The notes: a model not told the origin generated them from the sequence alone. A stretch of 64,000 nucleotides of DNA from Clostridia bacterium (GCA_017467585.1 JAFUSR010000004.1:6624-70623); one strand, 5' to 3'; shown: positions 1-9,678, counted from the stretch's first letter. Program-made: numbers and translations.

Positions 1-71
1 AACAATAAACACAGTAACGAGCACTGTTGAAAGTCTTACAATTCTTTTAATCTTTTGTGGTGTCATAATTT

Positions 72-437
72 CTACCTTAAGAGATGCTTGCCAAATTTTG
101 TCTTTTTTATGCGGGCGAACATCTTTGTAAACACATTATATACCAAAAAATAAAACTTTGTAAAGAAAAAACCAATACTAATTTGTTCAATAACAATGCC
201 GAGAACCATTGCAACAATTAAATAAAAATAGACAATTCCTCCGGCAAGTTTGAGCAAAAAACCGCAAAAACATATGCCGCAGACGCAAAAATACACAAAA
301 TTTGCCGCGTTTGTAATGATAATATTATTTTTGAAAAGCAGCTTCAAAATTTTGCAACACTCATAACCTAACCCGCAAAACACACCCAAAAGAAAAAACT
401 GCAAAAACAATCCGCCACCAGCAAGACTCGAAAACAT
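72..437 (-). CDS. yabQ: Spore cortex biosynthesis protein YabQ-like membrane protein
   Basis: Small hydrophobic protein with FLLGVFCGLGYE pattern; overlaps the stop of the YabP-like gene, matching yabP-yabQ synteny. Confidence 0.75.
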   Translation of the reverse strand: MFSSLAGGGLFLQFFLLGVFCGLGYECCKILKLLFKNNIIITNAANFVYFCVCGICFCGFLLKLAGGIVYFYLIVAMVLGIVIEQISIGFFFTKFYFLVYNVFTKMFARIKKTKFGKHLLR

Positions 438-700
438 TATTTAAACAACCTTTTGAAAAATCCTTTTCCACCGAGTTCGTTTAAAAATTCAATTTTTGAA
501 ACAGAACCAGACAAAAGCAACAGCTTTTCTTCTGGAGAAAGTTTTTCTACCTTGAGCCCTGCTCCAAAAATTTGAACATTTCCATCGACAAGTTTTATCA
601 CTGCCGCCTTGTCGGTTGCAGAGAGAACCTCAACCACGCCCGTAATCTTTGTTTGATTTTTGTTTTCAACAACAAGTGTTGTCAGATTTTTTTGTTCCAT
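437..700 (-). CDS. yabP: Sporulation protein YabP/YqfC family
   Basis: 87 aa with KITGVVEVLS...IFGAGLKVEKLSPE...SGSVSKIEF and C-terminal GFFKRLFK typical of YabP; GAGG RBS upstream. Confidence 0.8.
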   Translation of the reverse strand: MEQKNLTTLVVENKNQTKITGVVEVLSATDKAAVIKLVDGNVQIFGAGLKVEKLSPEEKLLLLSGSVSKIEFLNELGGKGFFKRLFK

Positions 701-737
701 ATATCTTACCTCAGTTTAATATATGCAACAGCGAGTT

Positions 738-2948
738 TTAAAATGAACGGCCAGTAATCAAAAAGTCTTTAAGCAGTGTTTTTCGCTCCACACTGAACTT
801 GTTTTTAATCATATAATAAATGTTTCCGCTCTTTCCTATTAACACAACCATGTTTTTGGCTCTTGTTACTGCTGTGTATAACAAATTTTTGTTGTATAGT
901 TTTGGGTTTCCAGCAAGAATTGGAATTATTACAACCGGAAATTCACTGCCCTGGCTTTTGTGAATTGTTATGGCATAGGCAAGAGTTAGGTCTTCAATTT
1001 CAACAAGTGAATAGCCCGCTCTTCTGCCGTCATCGAAAGTGACATACATTGTGCTTGCAACAGTGTTGATTTGATCAATATAGCCGATGTCCCCATTAAA
1101 CACGCCCTGACCAAAAACAGTTATGTTGTTTTCTAATTTTGTCCACTCTTGCTCATAATTGTTCGACGTTTGCATAACCTTGTCGCCCAGTCGGAAAGTC
1201 CTTTTTCCAACAACCAATTCTGGCTTGTCGGCGCTTGGTGGGTTTAACGCTGCCTGCAGTTTTATGTTTGCGTTATCAACGCCTGCAAGCCCTGACTTCA
1301 TTGGGGCAATAACTTGAATATCTTTTGGCGAAATGTTTTTATATGCTGGAATTCGTTTTGAAACCATGTCTACAATTTCTTCAATAACAACTGCTGGTTC
1401 GAACTTGCTAGAATAGAAAAAGTCATCGCTCTTTTGAGCAAGGTCTGGCATTTCTCCATTATTGATTTTGTGAGCATTTACAATAATTTGACTGTTTTCG
1501 CCCTGCCTGAAGATTTGGCTCAGACAAACATAAGGAATTTCGTCGCTAGAAAGCATGTCGGCAAGAACATTGCCTGCACCGACACTTGGAAGTTGGTCTT
1601 TGTCGCCAACAAAAACAAGTTTTGTGCCAAGTTTTGTCGCCTTTAAAAGACTATACATTAAAAACACGTCGAGCATTGAAATTTCGTCAACGATAACAAC
1701 ATCTGTTTCAAGCGGGTTGTGTTCGTTTCTGGCAAAGGACAATTTGTTTTTTGAATAGCCCATTTCTAAAGCTCTATGAATTGTGCTTGCCGGCATTTGG
1801 GTTTGTTCTTCGAGTCTCTTTGCAGCCCTGCCTGTTGGGGCCATAAGCATAGACTTTTTGCCCATGCTTTCCAAAATGTATAACAGACACTTTATTATTG
1901 TTGTTTTTCCTGTTCCTGGGCCTCCGGTGATTATGCTAACTCCGCTTGCCACCGCGCAGCTTATGGCTTCTCGCTGAGTTTTGTGAAGAGTTATATTGTT
2001 TATTCGCTCATATTCTTGAATGAGCCTGTCTGTGTCGGCATGAGGTGTTGTATTGGTGTCTAAAAACAGTTTAAGTTTTGTGGCAATGTGTTTTTCCATT
2101 GTGTAGTTTTTGGTTGTGCAAACAGCCTCTTCTTGGTTATATTCAACCTTTTTGAGCAGGCCTTCAATGATGAGCATGGTTACTTGCCTTTCTACATCTC
2201 CCATCATCTCTTCGTTAAAGCCCAAAATTCCACAAGTTCCCGCAACTAAGTCTTTGATTAAAACAACAGTCGAACCTTGATTTTCTGCAAGCTCACTCAT
2301 GACATAGAGAACTCCGGCGCGAATTCGATATTCACTGTCTGGAGCAATGCCGAGTTTTGCAGCAATTTTATCAGCCGTTTTAAATCCAACACCATCGATA
2401 TCTTCAATTAACCTATATGGATTTGTTTGCAAAACCTCAATTGTTTTATGCTTATATTGTTCATAAATTTTCACTGCAAGACCAATTGTAACGTCATAGG
2501 CCTGCAAAAATATAACCGCTTCTTGCATCTTTTTTATGTCTTTATATGCACTGCCAATTTCAAGAGCTTTGCGCCTGCTAATTCCCTTAACCTTTTCAAG
2601 TTCTAGTGGCGATTTGTCGATAATTTCTAGTGTTTTTTCTCCGAACATGGCAACAATGTTTCTGCTTGTGGCTTCGCCAACTCCAGAAATCAAACCGGAC
2701 GCCAAATATTTTTCGATTGCTTCAACACTCGTTGGTTTTTTTATTTGAACTTTAGAAACTTCAAACTGCTCGCCATAGCGGTTATTTAGTTTAAACTCGC
2801 CGTCGAGTTCGAGAACCTCTGCTTCGCCAACAACAGGAAACTTGCCTGTGCATATCACAGGCTTTCCGCCAGACTCCAACTCAATTACGCAATAACCGGT
2901 TTCTAAATTTTTAAAGATTATTGACTTTATTGTTCCCGATAACTTCAT
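738..2948 (-). CDS. recD2: ATP-dependent RecD-like DNA helicase RecD2
   Basis: N-terminal OB/HhH region, Walker A GGPGTGKT, DEISM, GDKDQLPSVG, AYAITIHKSQGSEF, LYTAVTRA. Confidence 0.95.
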   Translation of the reverse strand: MKLSGTIKSIIFKNLETGYCVIELESGGKPVICTGKFPVVGEAEVLELDGEFKLNNRYGEQFEVSKVQIKKPTSVEAIEKYLASGLISGVGEATSRNIVAMFGEKTLEIIDKSPLELEKVKGISRRKALEIGSAYKDIKKMQEAVIFLQAYDVTIGLAVKIYEQYKHKTIEVLQTNPYRLIEDIDGVGFKTADKIAAKLGIAPDSEYRIRAGVLYVMSELAENQGSTVVLIKDLVAGTCGILGFNEEMMGDVERQVTMLIIEGLLKKVEYNQEEAVCTTKNYTMEKHIATKLKLFLDTNTTPHADTDRLIQEYERINNITLHKTQREAISCAVASGVSIITGGPGTGKTTIIKCLLYILESMGKKSMLMAPTGRAAKRLEEQTQMPASTIHRALEMGYSKNKLSFARNEHNPLETDVVIVDEISMLDVFLMYSLLKATKLGTKLVFVGDKDQLPSVGAGNVLADMLSSDEIPYVCLSQIFRQGENSQIIVNAHKINNGEMPDLAQKSDDFFYSSKFEPAVVIEEIVDMVSKRIPAYKNISPKDIQVIAPMKSGLAGVDNANIKLQAALNPPSADKPELVVGKRTFRLGDKVMQTSNNYEQEWTKLENNITVFGQGVFNGDIGYIDQINTVASTMYVTFDDGRRAGYSLVEIEDLTLAYAITIHKSQGSEFPVVIIPILAGNPKLYNKNLLYTAVTRAKNMVVLIGKSGNIYYMIKNKFSVERKTLLKDFLITGRSF

Positions 2949-2954
2949 GACTAT

Positions 2955-2983
2955 ATTTTATCTTATCTAAAAATTGTTGTCAA
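2955..2983 (-). promoter_or_regulatory. sigma-A promoter of recD2 (probably leaderless transcript)
   Basis: Minus strand TTGACA-17-TAAAAT-6nt-ATG, no SD. Confidence 0.7.
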
Positions 2984-3031
2984 TTGATATGGTTTTTGAA
3001 TATTTTTATTCAATTTTCACATTCTAAACAC

Positions 3032-3883
3032 ATGAAAAAAATTTTTGTTTGTTTAACTTTGTTTGTGTCGCTTTTTATGCTGGCCAACACAAAACCAATT
3101 TTTGTTTGCAAGACCTTGGCTCTTCAAACAGAAATTGAAAAAACTGGTGTTTCTGAAACAGCAAACAGCGAAAGGCAAGCCCTGCTTGCCATTGTTATTG
3201 ACGACTTTGGCGGCTGGGAACGTGCGGGTGTTAACGAGCTTCTTTCTAGCGACATTGCAATAACATGCGCCATTATGCCGTTTGTTGAAAACTCGCAGGC
3301 AGACTACGATGCAGCGGTGGCGAGCAATAAGGAAGTTATTTTGCACATGCCAATGCAGGCCCATGTTGGTTTGCCTGAAAGTTGGTATGGCCCAACATAT
3401 ATCAAAAACTACGACTCTCCAGAAGTTGCAACCCAAAAGTTAGAAAAATGTTTAAAAACCATGCCAGAGGCCAAGGGTTTTAACATTCATATTGGCTCTG
3501 GGGCCAGCCGAAACAAAAACCTGATGATGGCAATGTATGACTACGCAAACAAAAACAATCTTTTGTTTTTAGACAGTCGCACCAATCTTGGCGACAAATG
3601 TGAAGAGGCCAGCCACCAAACAGGCAGCATTTACCTTGGTCGCGATGTGTTTCTTGAACCGCACAAAAATCGCTCTTTTGAGGGCGTAACAAGACGCTTG
3701 AAAGAAGCAACAACAATTGCAAAAGAAAAGGGATATGCCATTGCAATTGGTCATGTTGGAGCCGAAGGTGGAGCGAACACAGCACGTGCAATTATAAATT
3801 TTGCCAAATCGCTCGACAGCGACGTTAAAATTGTTCCACTCTCTTCAATAAATAATTTTATCAAACAACATCAATATAGATAG
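3032..3883 (+). CDS. Divergent polysaccharide deacetylase family protein (YibQ-like), exported
   Basis: LAIVIDDFG, ILHMPMQ, FNIHIGS, FLDSRT, RDVFL, AIAIGH motifs; signal peptide MKKIFVCL..., so ATG 3032 preferred over 2984. Confidence 0.85.
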   Translation: MKKIFVCLTLFVSLFMLANTKPIFVCKTLALQTEIEKTGVSETANSERQALLAIVIDDFGGWERAGVNELLSSDIAITCAIMPFVENSQADYDAAVASNKEVILHMPMQAHVGLPESWYGPTYIKNYDSPEVATQKLEKCLKTMPEAKGFNIHIGSGASRNKNLMMAMYDYANKNNLLFLDSRTNLGDKCEEASHQTGSIYLGRDVFLEPHKNRSFEGVTRRLKEATTIAKEKGYAIAIGHVGAEGGANTARAIINFAKSLDSDVKIVPLSSINNFIKQHQYR

Positions 3884-3898
3884 AATTTTGTCTTATTT

Positions 3899-3905
3899 TG
3901 TCGAA
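3899..3905 (+). promoter_or_regulatory. Spo0A box upstream of spo0A
   Basis: TGTCGAA matches TGNCGAA; TTGACA at 3941-3946 just downstream. Confidence 0.55.
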
Positions 3906-4279
3906 CCGTTCAAAATTATTCAAAAATATTCAAAAAGGTCTTGACATAGTTTTTAGATTGTTATATTTTTGAATTGAACAAAATCACAAAGGACAAATTA
4001 TGAAGATTGTTTAAGCAAAAATTTATCAAAAAGCCGGCAATAAATTTTGCCTGCTTTTTAATTTGCTCTTTTTAAAACCACCTCAAAAAACAATCATTCA
4101 CAATTTGACAAATTTCTATTAAATTATGGCAAATTATGCAATTAGCGCCAGTCATAATTCGCGAAAATAGATAAAAATTTGTGTTATTATAAGTGAGTTG
4201 TTTGGTTTTTGAAAATAAAGGAAGAAAAACAAAAACCATTGACAAGTTATGTAAAAAAGGAGACAAAAAAACAGCATTT

Positions 4280-5047
4280 ATGGAAAAACAAATTAACATT
4301 ATTATTGCAAATGAAAACAATGAAGAGACAAAAGAACTCGTTGATGGGCTGACAAGAGAAAACTTGACAGTCGTTGCATCAGCAACAAACGGAAATGAGC
4401 TTTTGAGTGAGATAAATAATCATCCAGAAACAAACGTTGTGGTTTTAGACCTATTGCTTTCTGGCAAAGACGGATTTTCTGTTATTGAAGAGCTAAAACT
4501 TAAAAATTCTAAAATTAAATTTGTTGTAACAACCGCGCTCTCTAGTGCCACATTTGTCCAAAAGGCAATGGCGCTCGGCGTTGAATATTATATGTTAAAA
4601 TCAATAGACACAAACTGCCTTTGCGACAGAATTATGGATATTTTTGAACCTAAACAACCAGCATCAATTGAAGAAGAACCAAAACAAATTGATTCAAAAA
4701 CCAGAGAGCTAGAAGAAAAAATAACCAACATTTTTATAACCGTTGGAATTCCCGCTCACATTAAAGGTTATCAATTTTTGAGAGAGGCCATTAAAATGGC
4801 AATCAAAAAACCAGACATAATCAACAGCATAACAAAAGAACTCTACCCAAGCATCGCCTCGCATTTCGACACCTCCGCAAGCAAGGTTGAGCGCGCAATT
4901 CGCCACGCAATTGAAGTTGCGTGGAACCGCGGCAAGATTGAAAACATAAACAATGTGTTTGGAATTAGGGTTTATTCTAACAACGAAAAGCCAACAAATG
5001 GCGAGTTTATTGCTCTTGTTGCAGACAAAATGCTTCTTGAAGGCTAA
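4280..5047 (+). CDS. spo0A: Sporulation transcription factor Spo0A
   Basis: Receiver domain plus hallmark C-terminal domain GIPAHIKGYQFLREAI...SITKELYP...SKVERAIRHAIEVAW...KPTNGEFIALVADK; start MEKQINIII. Confidence 0.97.
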   Translation: MEKQINIIIANENNEETKELVDGLTRENLTVVASATNGNELLSEINNHPETNVVVLDLLLSGKDGFSVIEELKLKNSKIKFVVTTALSSATFVQKAMALGVEYYMLKSIDTNCLCDRIMDIFEPKQPASIEEEPKQIDSKTRELEEKITNIFITVGIPAHIKGYQFLREAIKMAIKKPDIINSITKELYPSIASHFDTSASKVERAIRHAIEVAWNRGKIENINNVFGIRVYSNNEKPTNGEFIALVADKMLLEG

Positions 5048-5188
5048 AAATATATATTTTTTGAAAAAAATTAAAAAAATAGTTTACTTGTTATATCTTT
5101 TGTTATAATATAGTCTCATGTTAGCAAGGCTATTCTATATTTTCATATAATACCACTAACATTATGCTTTATGCACAGGGAGAAAATT

Positions 5189-5719
5189 ATGCCAAAATAT
5201 AAAAAATGCCCAAGATGCGAACTGAACTATATTCCTGTTGAAGAAGAATATTGCCATGTTTGCAAGCAAGAATTGAAACTAGAAAAAAGTGAAGATGACG
5301 AAGATCTTGAAGTTTGCCCAGTTTGTGGAGTGAACTATATGCCAATCAACCAAACCATGTGCGACGATTGTTCAAAGCGCAAAAAAGAGAATAAGATGGA
5401 ATCTGAAGAAGACGAAGAAGACATCGACGAAGAAGACACAGACGACACATGGCAAAAGGACGATGTTGATCAACTCGACAAAGAAGACACTGGCGACGTT
5501 GAAGTTGTTTCTCTCAGTGAACTTGAGGAAGACGAAGAAGATGACGACATCGACGACAGCTTTGACGACGACGAAGATGGCGAATTCGGAAAGATGGACG
5601 ATTCGCAAGAGCAAGCCCCAGACGACGACTTTGAATATGTTGACCCAGACAGCGTTGAAATCACCGACGAAGATGAGGACGACGAAACTGACGACGAAGA
5701 CGATTCTGATGAAGAATAA
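5189..5719 (+). CDS. Hypothetical protein: two CxxC..CxxC zinc-ribbon repeats plus very acidic tail
   Basis: CPRC..CHVC and CPVC..CDDC; D/E-rich C-terminal ~100 aa; GGGAG RBS before ATG 5189. Confidence 0.75.
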   Translation: MPKYKKCPRCELNYIPVEEEYCHVCKQELKLEKSEDDEDLEVCPVCGVNYMPINQTMCDDCSKRKKENKMESEEDEEDIDEEDTDDTWQKDDVDQLDKEDTGDVEVVSLSELEEDEEDDDIDDSFDDDEDGEFGKMDDSQEQAPDDDFEYVDPDSVEITDEDEDDETDDEDDSDEE

Positions 5720-5742
5720 TCAACAAGAATTATTAACAAAAC

Positions 5743-5768
5743 AAAACACGGCACACGCCGTGTTTTTT
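5743..5768. terminator. Bidirectional intrinsic terminator
   Basis: AAAACACGGC-acac-GCCGTGTTTTTT between convergent genes. Confidence 0.8.
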
Positions 5769-5808
5769 GTTTGCTATTTTAGGTTTTTTTGTTTGCTATT
5801 TTCGGATT

Positions 5809-7011
5809 TTATTGAACCAAGAGTTTGTGATAAATGTGTTCGAGTTCTTCCCTGTCCATCAACACAGGAACGGGATATAATGGGTTTGCCTCGGCGTTTG
5901 CTGCCGTTGCAAGTTCGGCTATGTCGGTTTCGATAAGTTCTGGAAAGTTTGATTTAAACCCAAATGTAAAGTTTAAGCCCTCAATCCAATCTATTACACT
6001 TTGCGCCGCCTTTTCGTTTGAGGCAGAAGCATCTGCAAGGCCAACATATTTTGCAATTTGCGCAAGTTTTTTGTGTGCGCTTTCGCCATAACTTTTAAGC
6101 ATAACGGGCAAAATAACAGCATTTGCATAGCCATGGGCGATGTTATATTTTCCGCCGAGTGAGTGGGCGATTGCGTGAACATAGCCCACATAACTTCTGG
6201 TGAAGGCAACTCCAGCCAAATAGCTGGCCTCGAGCATATTCTTTCGCGCTTGATAATTGTTTCCGTTTTGATAAGCGCTAAGCAAGTTTTCTTTTATTAA
6301 CTTGATTGCCTTTAAACTGGCTTCTCTGGTCTTTTTTGTTGTTGCCCTGCCAATATATGCCTCAATTGCGTGAGTGAGGGCGTCCATGCCTGTGGCAGCG
6401 GTTGTAAACTTGCCAAGGCCAAGCGTTAACTCGGCGTCTAGCAGTGCAAGATGCGGAATTAAACTAAAATCGTTAATCGGATATTTTTTGTGGGTTTTGT
6501 CGTCGGTGATAACCGCGGTTACGGTAACTTCACTGCCAGTGCCCGCCGTTGTTGGAATAGCCACAAGCGGAGGTAGTTTTTTGTTTATTTTAAGAAGGCC
6601 CCTCATTCCCGCAACACTTTGGTTTGGGCGAACCGCACGGGCTCCTATCATCTTGGCACAGTCCATAACAGAACCGCCGCCTAGCGCAACAATGCAGTTG
6701 CAAGAATTGGCCTTATATTCTTTTAAACCCTCTTCAATTTGGCTGATGGTTGGGTTTGGCAAAACCTTGTCGAACACAAAATAATTTATGTCCATTTTTT
6801 TGAGTGTTTCTAAAAGGTTTTTTGTGAGCCCCAAGTCATTTAAAGTTTTGTCGGTTACAACAAGTGCTCGCCTTCCGCCGAGTTCTAAAAGGTCATAACC
6901 TAACTCTTCATAATCTTTAACCCTCTTTGGCTCGCGATATGGCAAAAGCGGCATTATTATTTTAAACATGCATTGAAATGTTCTGCAATAAGCTCTCTTC
7001 AAAAATTTCAT
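5809..7011 (-). CDS. Iron-containing alcohol dehydrogenase
   Basis: GGGSVMDCAK, AIPTTAGTGSE, GMDALTHAIEAY, HAIAHSLG, HGYANA. Confidence 0.93.
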   Translation of the reverse strand: MKFLKRAYCRTFQCMFKIIMPLLPYREPKRVKDYEELGYDLLELGGRRALVVTDKTLNDLGLTKNLLETLKKMDINYFVFDKVLPNPTISQIEEGLKEYKANSCNCIVALGGGSVMDCAKMIGARAVRPNQSVAGMRGLLKINKKLPPLVAIPTTAGTGSEVTVTAVITDDKTHKKYPINDFSLIPHLALLDAELTLGLGKFTTAATGMDALTHAIEAYIGRATTKKTREASLKAIKLIKENLLSAYQNGNNYQARKNMLEASYLAGVAFTRSYVGYVHAIAHSLGGKYNIAHGYANAVILPVMLKSYGESAHKKLAQIAKYVGLADASASNEKAAQSVIDWIEGLNFTFGFKSNFPELIETDIAELATAANAEANPLYPVPVLMDREELEHIYHKLLVQ

Positions 7012-7022
7012 GTTTGCCCCCC

Positions 7023-7424
7023 TTATTGTTCTTTTAAAATATCTTCCAAACTAACGGTGTTTAAATAGTCTGTAACAAGCGTGTTGAGTTTGTTCCAATA
7101 GCTGTGGGTTTTGCACTTGTCCACAATGTTGCATGGCATGTTTGGGTCAAGACAATCGATAACATAAAAATCGCCCTCTGCGGCCCTCATAATTTCGCCC
7201 ACAGATATTTGTGCTTTTGGCTTTTTTAGTGTGTAGCCGCCCTGCGCCCCACGAAAACTTTCAATCAAGCCTGCTTTAGAGAGCAGAGCCGCGATTTGCT
7301 CTAAATATTTTTCACTTATAGTTTGTCTTTCACTGATAGCTTTTATGCTCTGAATTTCGCCCTCGTGTTCGGCAAGATCCACCATAACGCGAAGCGCATA
7401 TCTGCTTTTGCTTGAAAACTTCAT
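7023..7424 (-). CDS. Rrf2 family transcriptional regulator (IscR-like)
   Basis: RYALRVMVDLA, ISEKYLEQI, RGAQGGY, three Cys plus His (C-x6-C-x5-C-x2-H); start MKFSSK. Confidence 0.9.
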   Translation of the reverse strand: MKFSSKSRYALRVMVDLAEHEGEIQSIKAISERQTISEKYLEQIAALLSKAGLIESFRGAQGGYTLKKPKAQISVGEIMRAAEGDFYVIDCLDPNMPCNIVDKCKTHSYWNKLNTLVTDYLNTVSLEDILKEQ

Positions 7425-7491
7425 TTTTTTAGCCCTCTCTTTTTCAAAAAAACGCAATTTTGACCGTTTTTGACTCATTTTTTGTTGATTT

Positions 7492-8070
7492 TTATTTGTT
7501 TTTGCAATAAATTCTGTAAACTAGTGGCAAATAAATTGCCGCTTTAACACTCAGTTTTTTGTTTTTGATAAAGTCTAAGACTTTTTCAATTTCAACTTTA
7601 AAAAACTTTATGTCTTCTTTCTCTTGCAAATTTTGCTTTCCAAACTTTTCAATTGTTGCCTCAAACACAACAGAACTTTCGTCTGTCATGCCCTCTGAAC
7701 TGAAACAAGCATCTGTGAGCTTTGTGATTTTTGAAACTTTTTCTGCGCCAATTTCTTCTTTAAGTTCGCGAAGAGCCGACTCCTCTTCTGTTTCGCCCTC
7801 ATCAACAAGCCCAGCAGGAAAACCCCACACATAATCGTTGATTGGATATCTAAATTCTTTGGTTAAAATTATTTTTGTCTTTTTGTTTTCAACAACATAA
7901 GGAATAATGACAACAGCGTCTGCTTTTGCACTGTTTGTTTTTGCAACCAAACTGTGCTCTGAATTTCGAGAAGACATGTCCCAAACTGTGCCATTTTCGT
8001 AGTACAATCTGTATAGGTTTAAAAACTTGTTACTTGTTTGTTTTTCAATTTTTTTAATTTTCATTTTCAC
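7492..8070 (-). CDS. NUDIX hydrolase (ADP-ribose pyrophosphatase-like)
   Basis: Nudix box PAGLVDEGETEEESALRELKEEIG; EFRYP and SEGMTDE motifs. Confidence 0.9.
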   Translation of the reverse strand: MKMKIKKIEKQTSNKFLNLYRLYYENGTVWDMSSRNSEHSLVAKTNSAKADAVVIIPYVVENKKTKIILTKEFRYPINDYVWGFPAGLVDEGETEEESALRELKEEIGAEKVSKITKLTDACFSSEGMTDESSVVFEATIEKFGKQNLQEKEDIKFFKVEIEKVLDFIKNKKLSVKAAIYLPLVYRIYCKNK

Positions 8071-8708
8071 CTCAGCCCCACGATAAACGTTGAAAGAACA
8101 TCTAAAAGTTTTTTATATTTTTCAAAACCTTGTTTGTGCCAAGCAATCTTGCTGTTAATTTCAATTTGAATTGTCCACAGATTATTAAATTTATTTTTCA
8201 TTGAGCCAGCGATTGTTCTTTCTCCCGCGCTGAAAGGAACGTCTAAATAAACATTAAATCCAGCACCTGCAAGAGACTTAACAAGCTCACGATAAATTTC
8301 GGTGTTTGTTTCAACATTTTTGCCTCCGTTAACACCAAGGTTAATGTCACATTTGCGTTCGGGGGCAAGACTGTGAATATCTAAAACATATTTAATGTTG
8401 TTTTGTTTGATATAGTTTATTAAATCTGATTTATAGCTAGAAACTTCGTCATAATTGGCATCATCACGATTATTTTTTGTCTTCACAATCGCATGACACT
8501 CACACAGCTTTTGCAAATGAAGAAGTGTGTTCACAGTTCCTGGCTCAGCATATTTTGGCTTGTTGTTGCGCCACTGTCTTACCCCATGTGGTGCAGACAA
8601 AATAACACTGCTGTTTTTGCCGCACAAAAAGACATGGTCTTTGTTTTTATGTTTGCTTAAAAACTCTTCTCTATCTTTCTTTATGCTTTCATGTGTTGTT
8701 GTTTTCAT
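8067..8708 (-). CDS. Hypothetical protein, N-formylglutamate amidohydrolase-like
   Basis: ILSAPHG, VLDIHS, IQIEIN motifs of the Zn-exopeptidase/FGase-like fold. Confidence 0.55.
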   Translation of the reverse strand: MKTTTHESIKKDREEFLSKHKNKDHVFLCGKNSSVILSAPHGVRQWRNNKPKYAEPGTVNTLLHLQKLCECHAIVKTKNNRDDANYDEVSSYKSDLINYIKQNNIKYVLDIHSLAPERKCDINLGVNGGKNVETNTEIYRELVKSLAGAGFNVYLDVPFSAGERTIAGSMKNKFNNLWTIQIEINSKIAWHKQGFEKYKKLLDVLSTFIVGLR

Positions 8709-8781
8709 AAATAAATTATACTATATGTTTTTTGTTGTCCGCAATAAAAAAGCACCACTTTTGTGGTGCACCATTTTATTT

Positions 8782-9255
8782 TTATTCTGCAACAATTTCG
8801 GCGTCTTTAACCCATTTTGCAAGGCTTTCTAAAGCTTTTTTGCATCCGTCCTTGCTAGCATAACCTTGTTCGCAGTTGCAAAGAAGTTCTCCATTTCTCG
8901 CAAACAGGCGATAACGATATTTTTCTGCTTTATCTAAATAAATTTCAAACTTAGGATTTGGCAATTCTTCGTGTTTTTTAAGTGTTAAGTCTTCAACGTG
9001 GGCTCCAACAGTTTTGCGAACACTCTCAATTCCGGCTTTGCAACCAGAAAGCGCTGCATATCCCGTTCCGCCACCAACAACAAGTGTTTCGCCATTGCTA
9101 ACAACCAAGCGGTAGTTATAAAACCCTTTTGCAGTTTTATAATAAACAAATTGTGCTTTTGGTTGTGTAACCTTTGCTGGGGCTTTTTCTTGTGCCTTTG
9201 GTTGTTTTTTTGCTGGGGCAGCCTTCTTTTGTGGTTTTGTTTGAATTTTTGCCAT
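8782..9255 (-). CDS. YegP/DUF1508 family protein (two repeats)
   Basis: Two FxxYxxxxxxYxYRLxxxNGE...GY...CK repeats; K/A/P/Q-rich N-terminus; GGAGG RBS. Confidence 0.85.
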   Translation of the reverse strand: MAKIQTKPQKKAAPAKKQPKAQEKAPAKVTQPKAQFVYYKTAKGFYNYRLVVSNGETLVVGGGTGYAALSGCKAGIESVRKTVGAHVEDLTLKKHEELPNPKFEIYLDKAEKYRYRLFARNGELLCNCEQGYASKDGCKKALESLAKWVKDAEIVAE

Positions 9256-9497
9256 AAATAAATCCTCCCTTATATGCCCTTATTATACTCTCTGTTGTCT
9301 GGTTTTCAAAACAAAACACAATATTTTTAAAAATTTTGTCAGTTTTTGTTAATATTATTATCAATATTATTAGTATTTTGCGGTTTTTGTGTGTTATTCT
9401 TTTTTTGAGGTTATCTTTATGAAACAGAAGAAAGAAAAAGAGGAGCAGGAATAATTCCTGCCCTTTTTTATTTGACAAAAAATTTCTCAAAAAACAC

Positions 9498-9527
9498 TTG
9501 AAACCCATTATATATGTGTGTTATAAT
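9498..9527 (+). promoter_or_regulatory. sigma-A promoter of tRNA-Ser
   Basis: TTGAAA-18-TATAAT with extended TG. Confidence 0.7.
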
Positions 9528-9537
9528 CATTTCACTT

Positions 9538-9628
9538 GGAGAGATACTCAAGAGGCCAAAGAGGGCACCCTGCTAAGGTGTTAGTACGAGCAATCGTAGC
9601 GCGGGTTCAAATCCCGCTCTCTCCGCCA
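9538..9628 (+). tRNA. tRNA-Ser (GCT)
   Basis: Acceptor GGAGAGA/TCTCTCC-G-CCA, anticodon stem GCACC/GGTGT with loop CTGCTAA, long variable arm, T-loop GGTTCAAATCC. Confidence 0.95.
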
Positions 9629-9633
9629 AGCGT

Positions 9634-9664
9634 AACCTAAATCGAACATCGGTTTAGGTTTTTT
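9634..9664 (+). terminator. Hairpin/terminator after tRNA-Ser
   Basis: AACCTAAATCGA-aca-TCGGTTTAGGTT followed by T-run. Confidence 0.75.
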
Positions 9665-9678
9665 GTTTTAATCAAACA

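Noticed and set aside
5372-5936. Alternative-frame Ser-rich and Thr/Lys-rich ORFs
   Set aside because: By-products of GAC/GAA codon runs in the acidic protein gene
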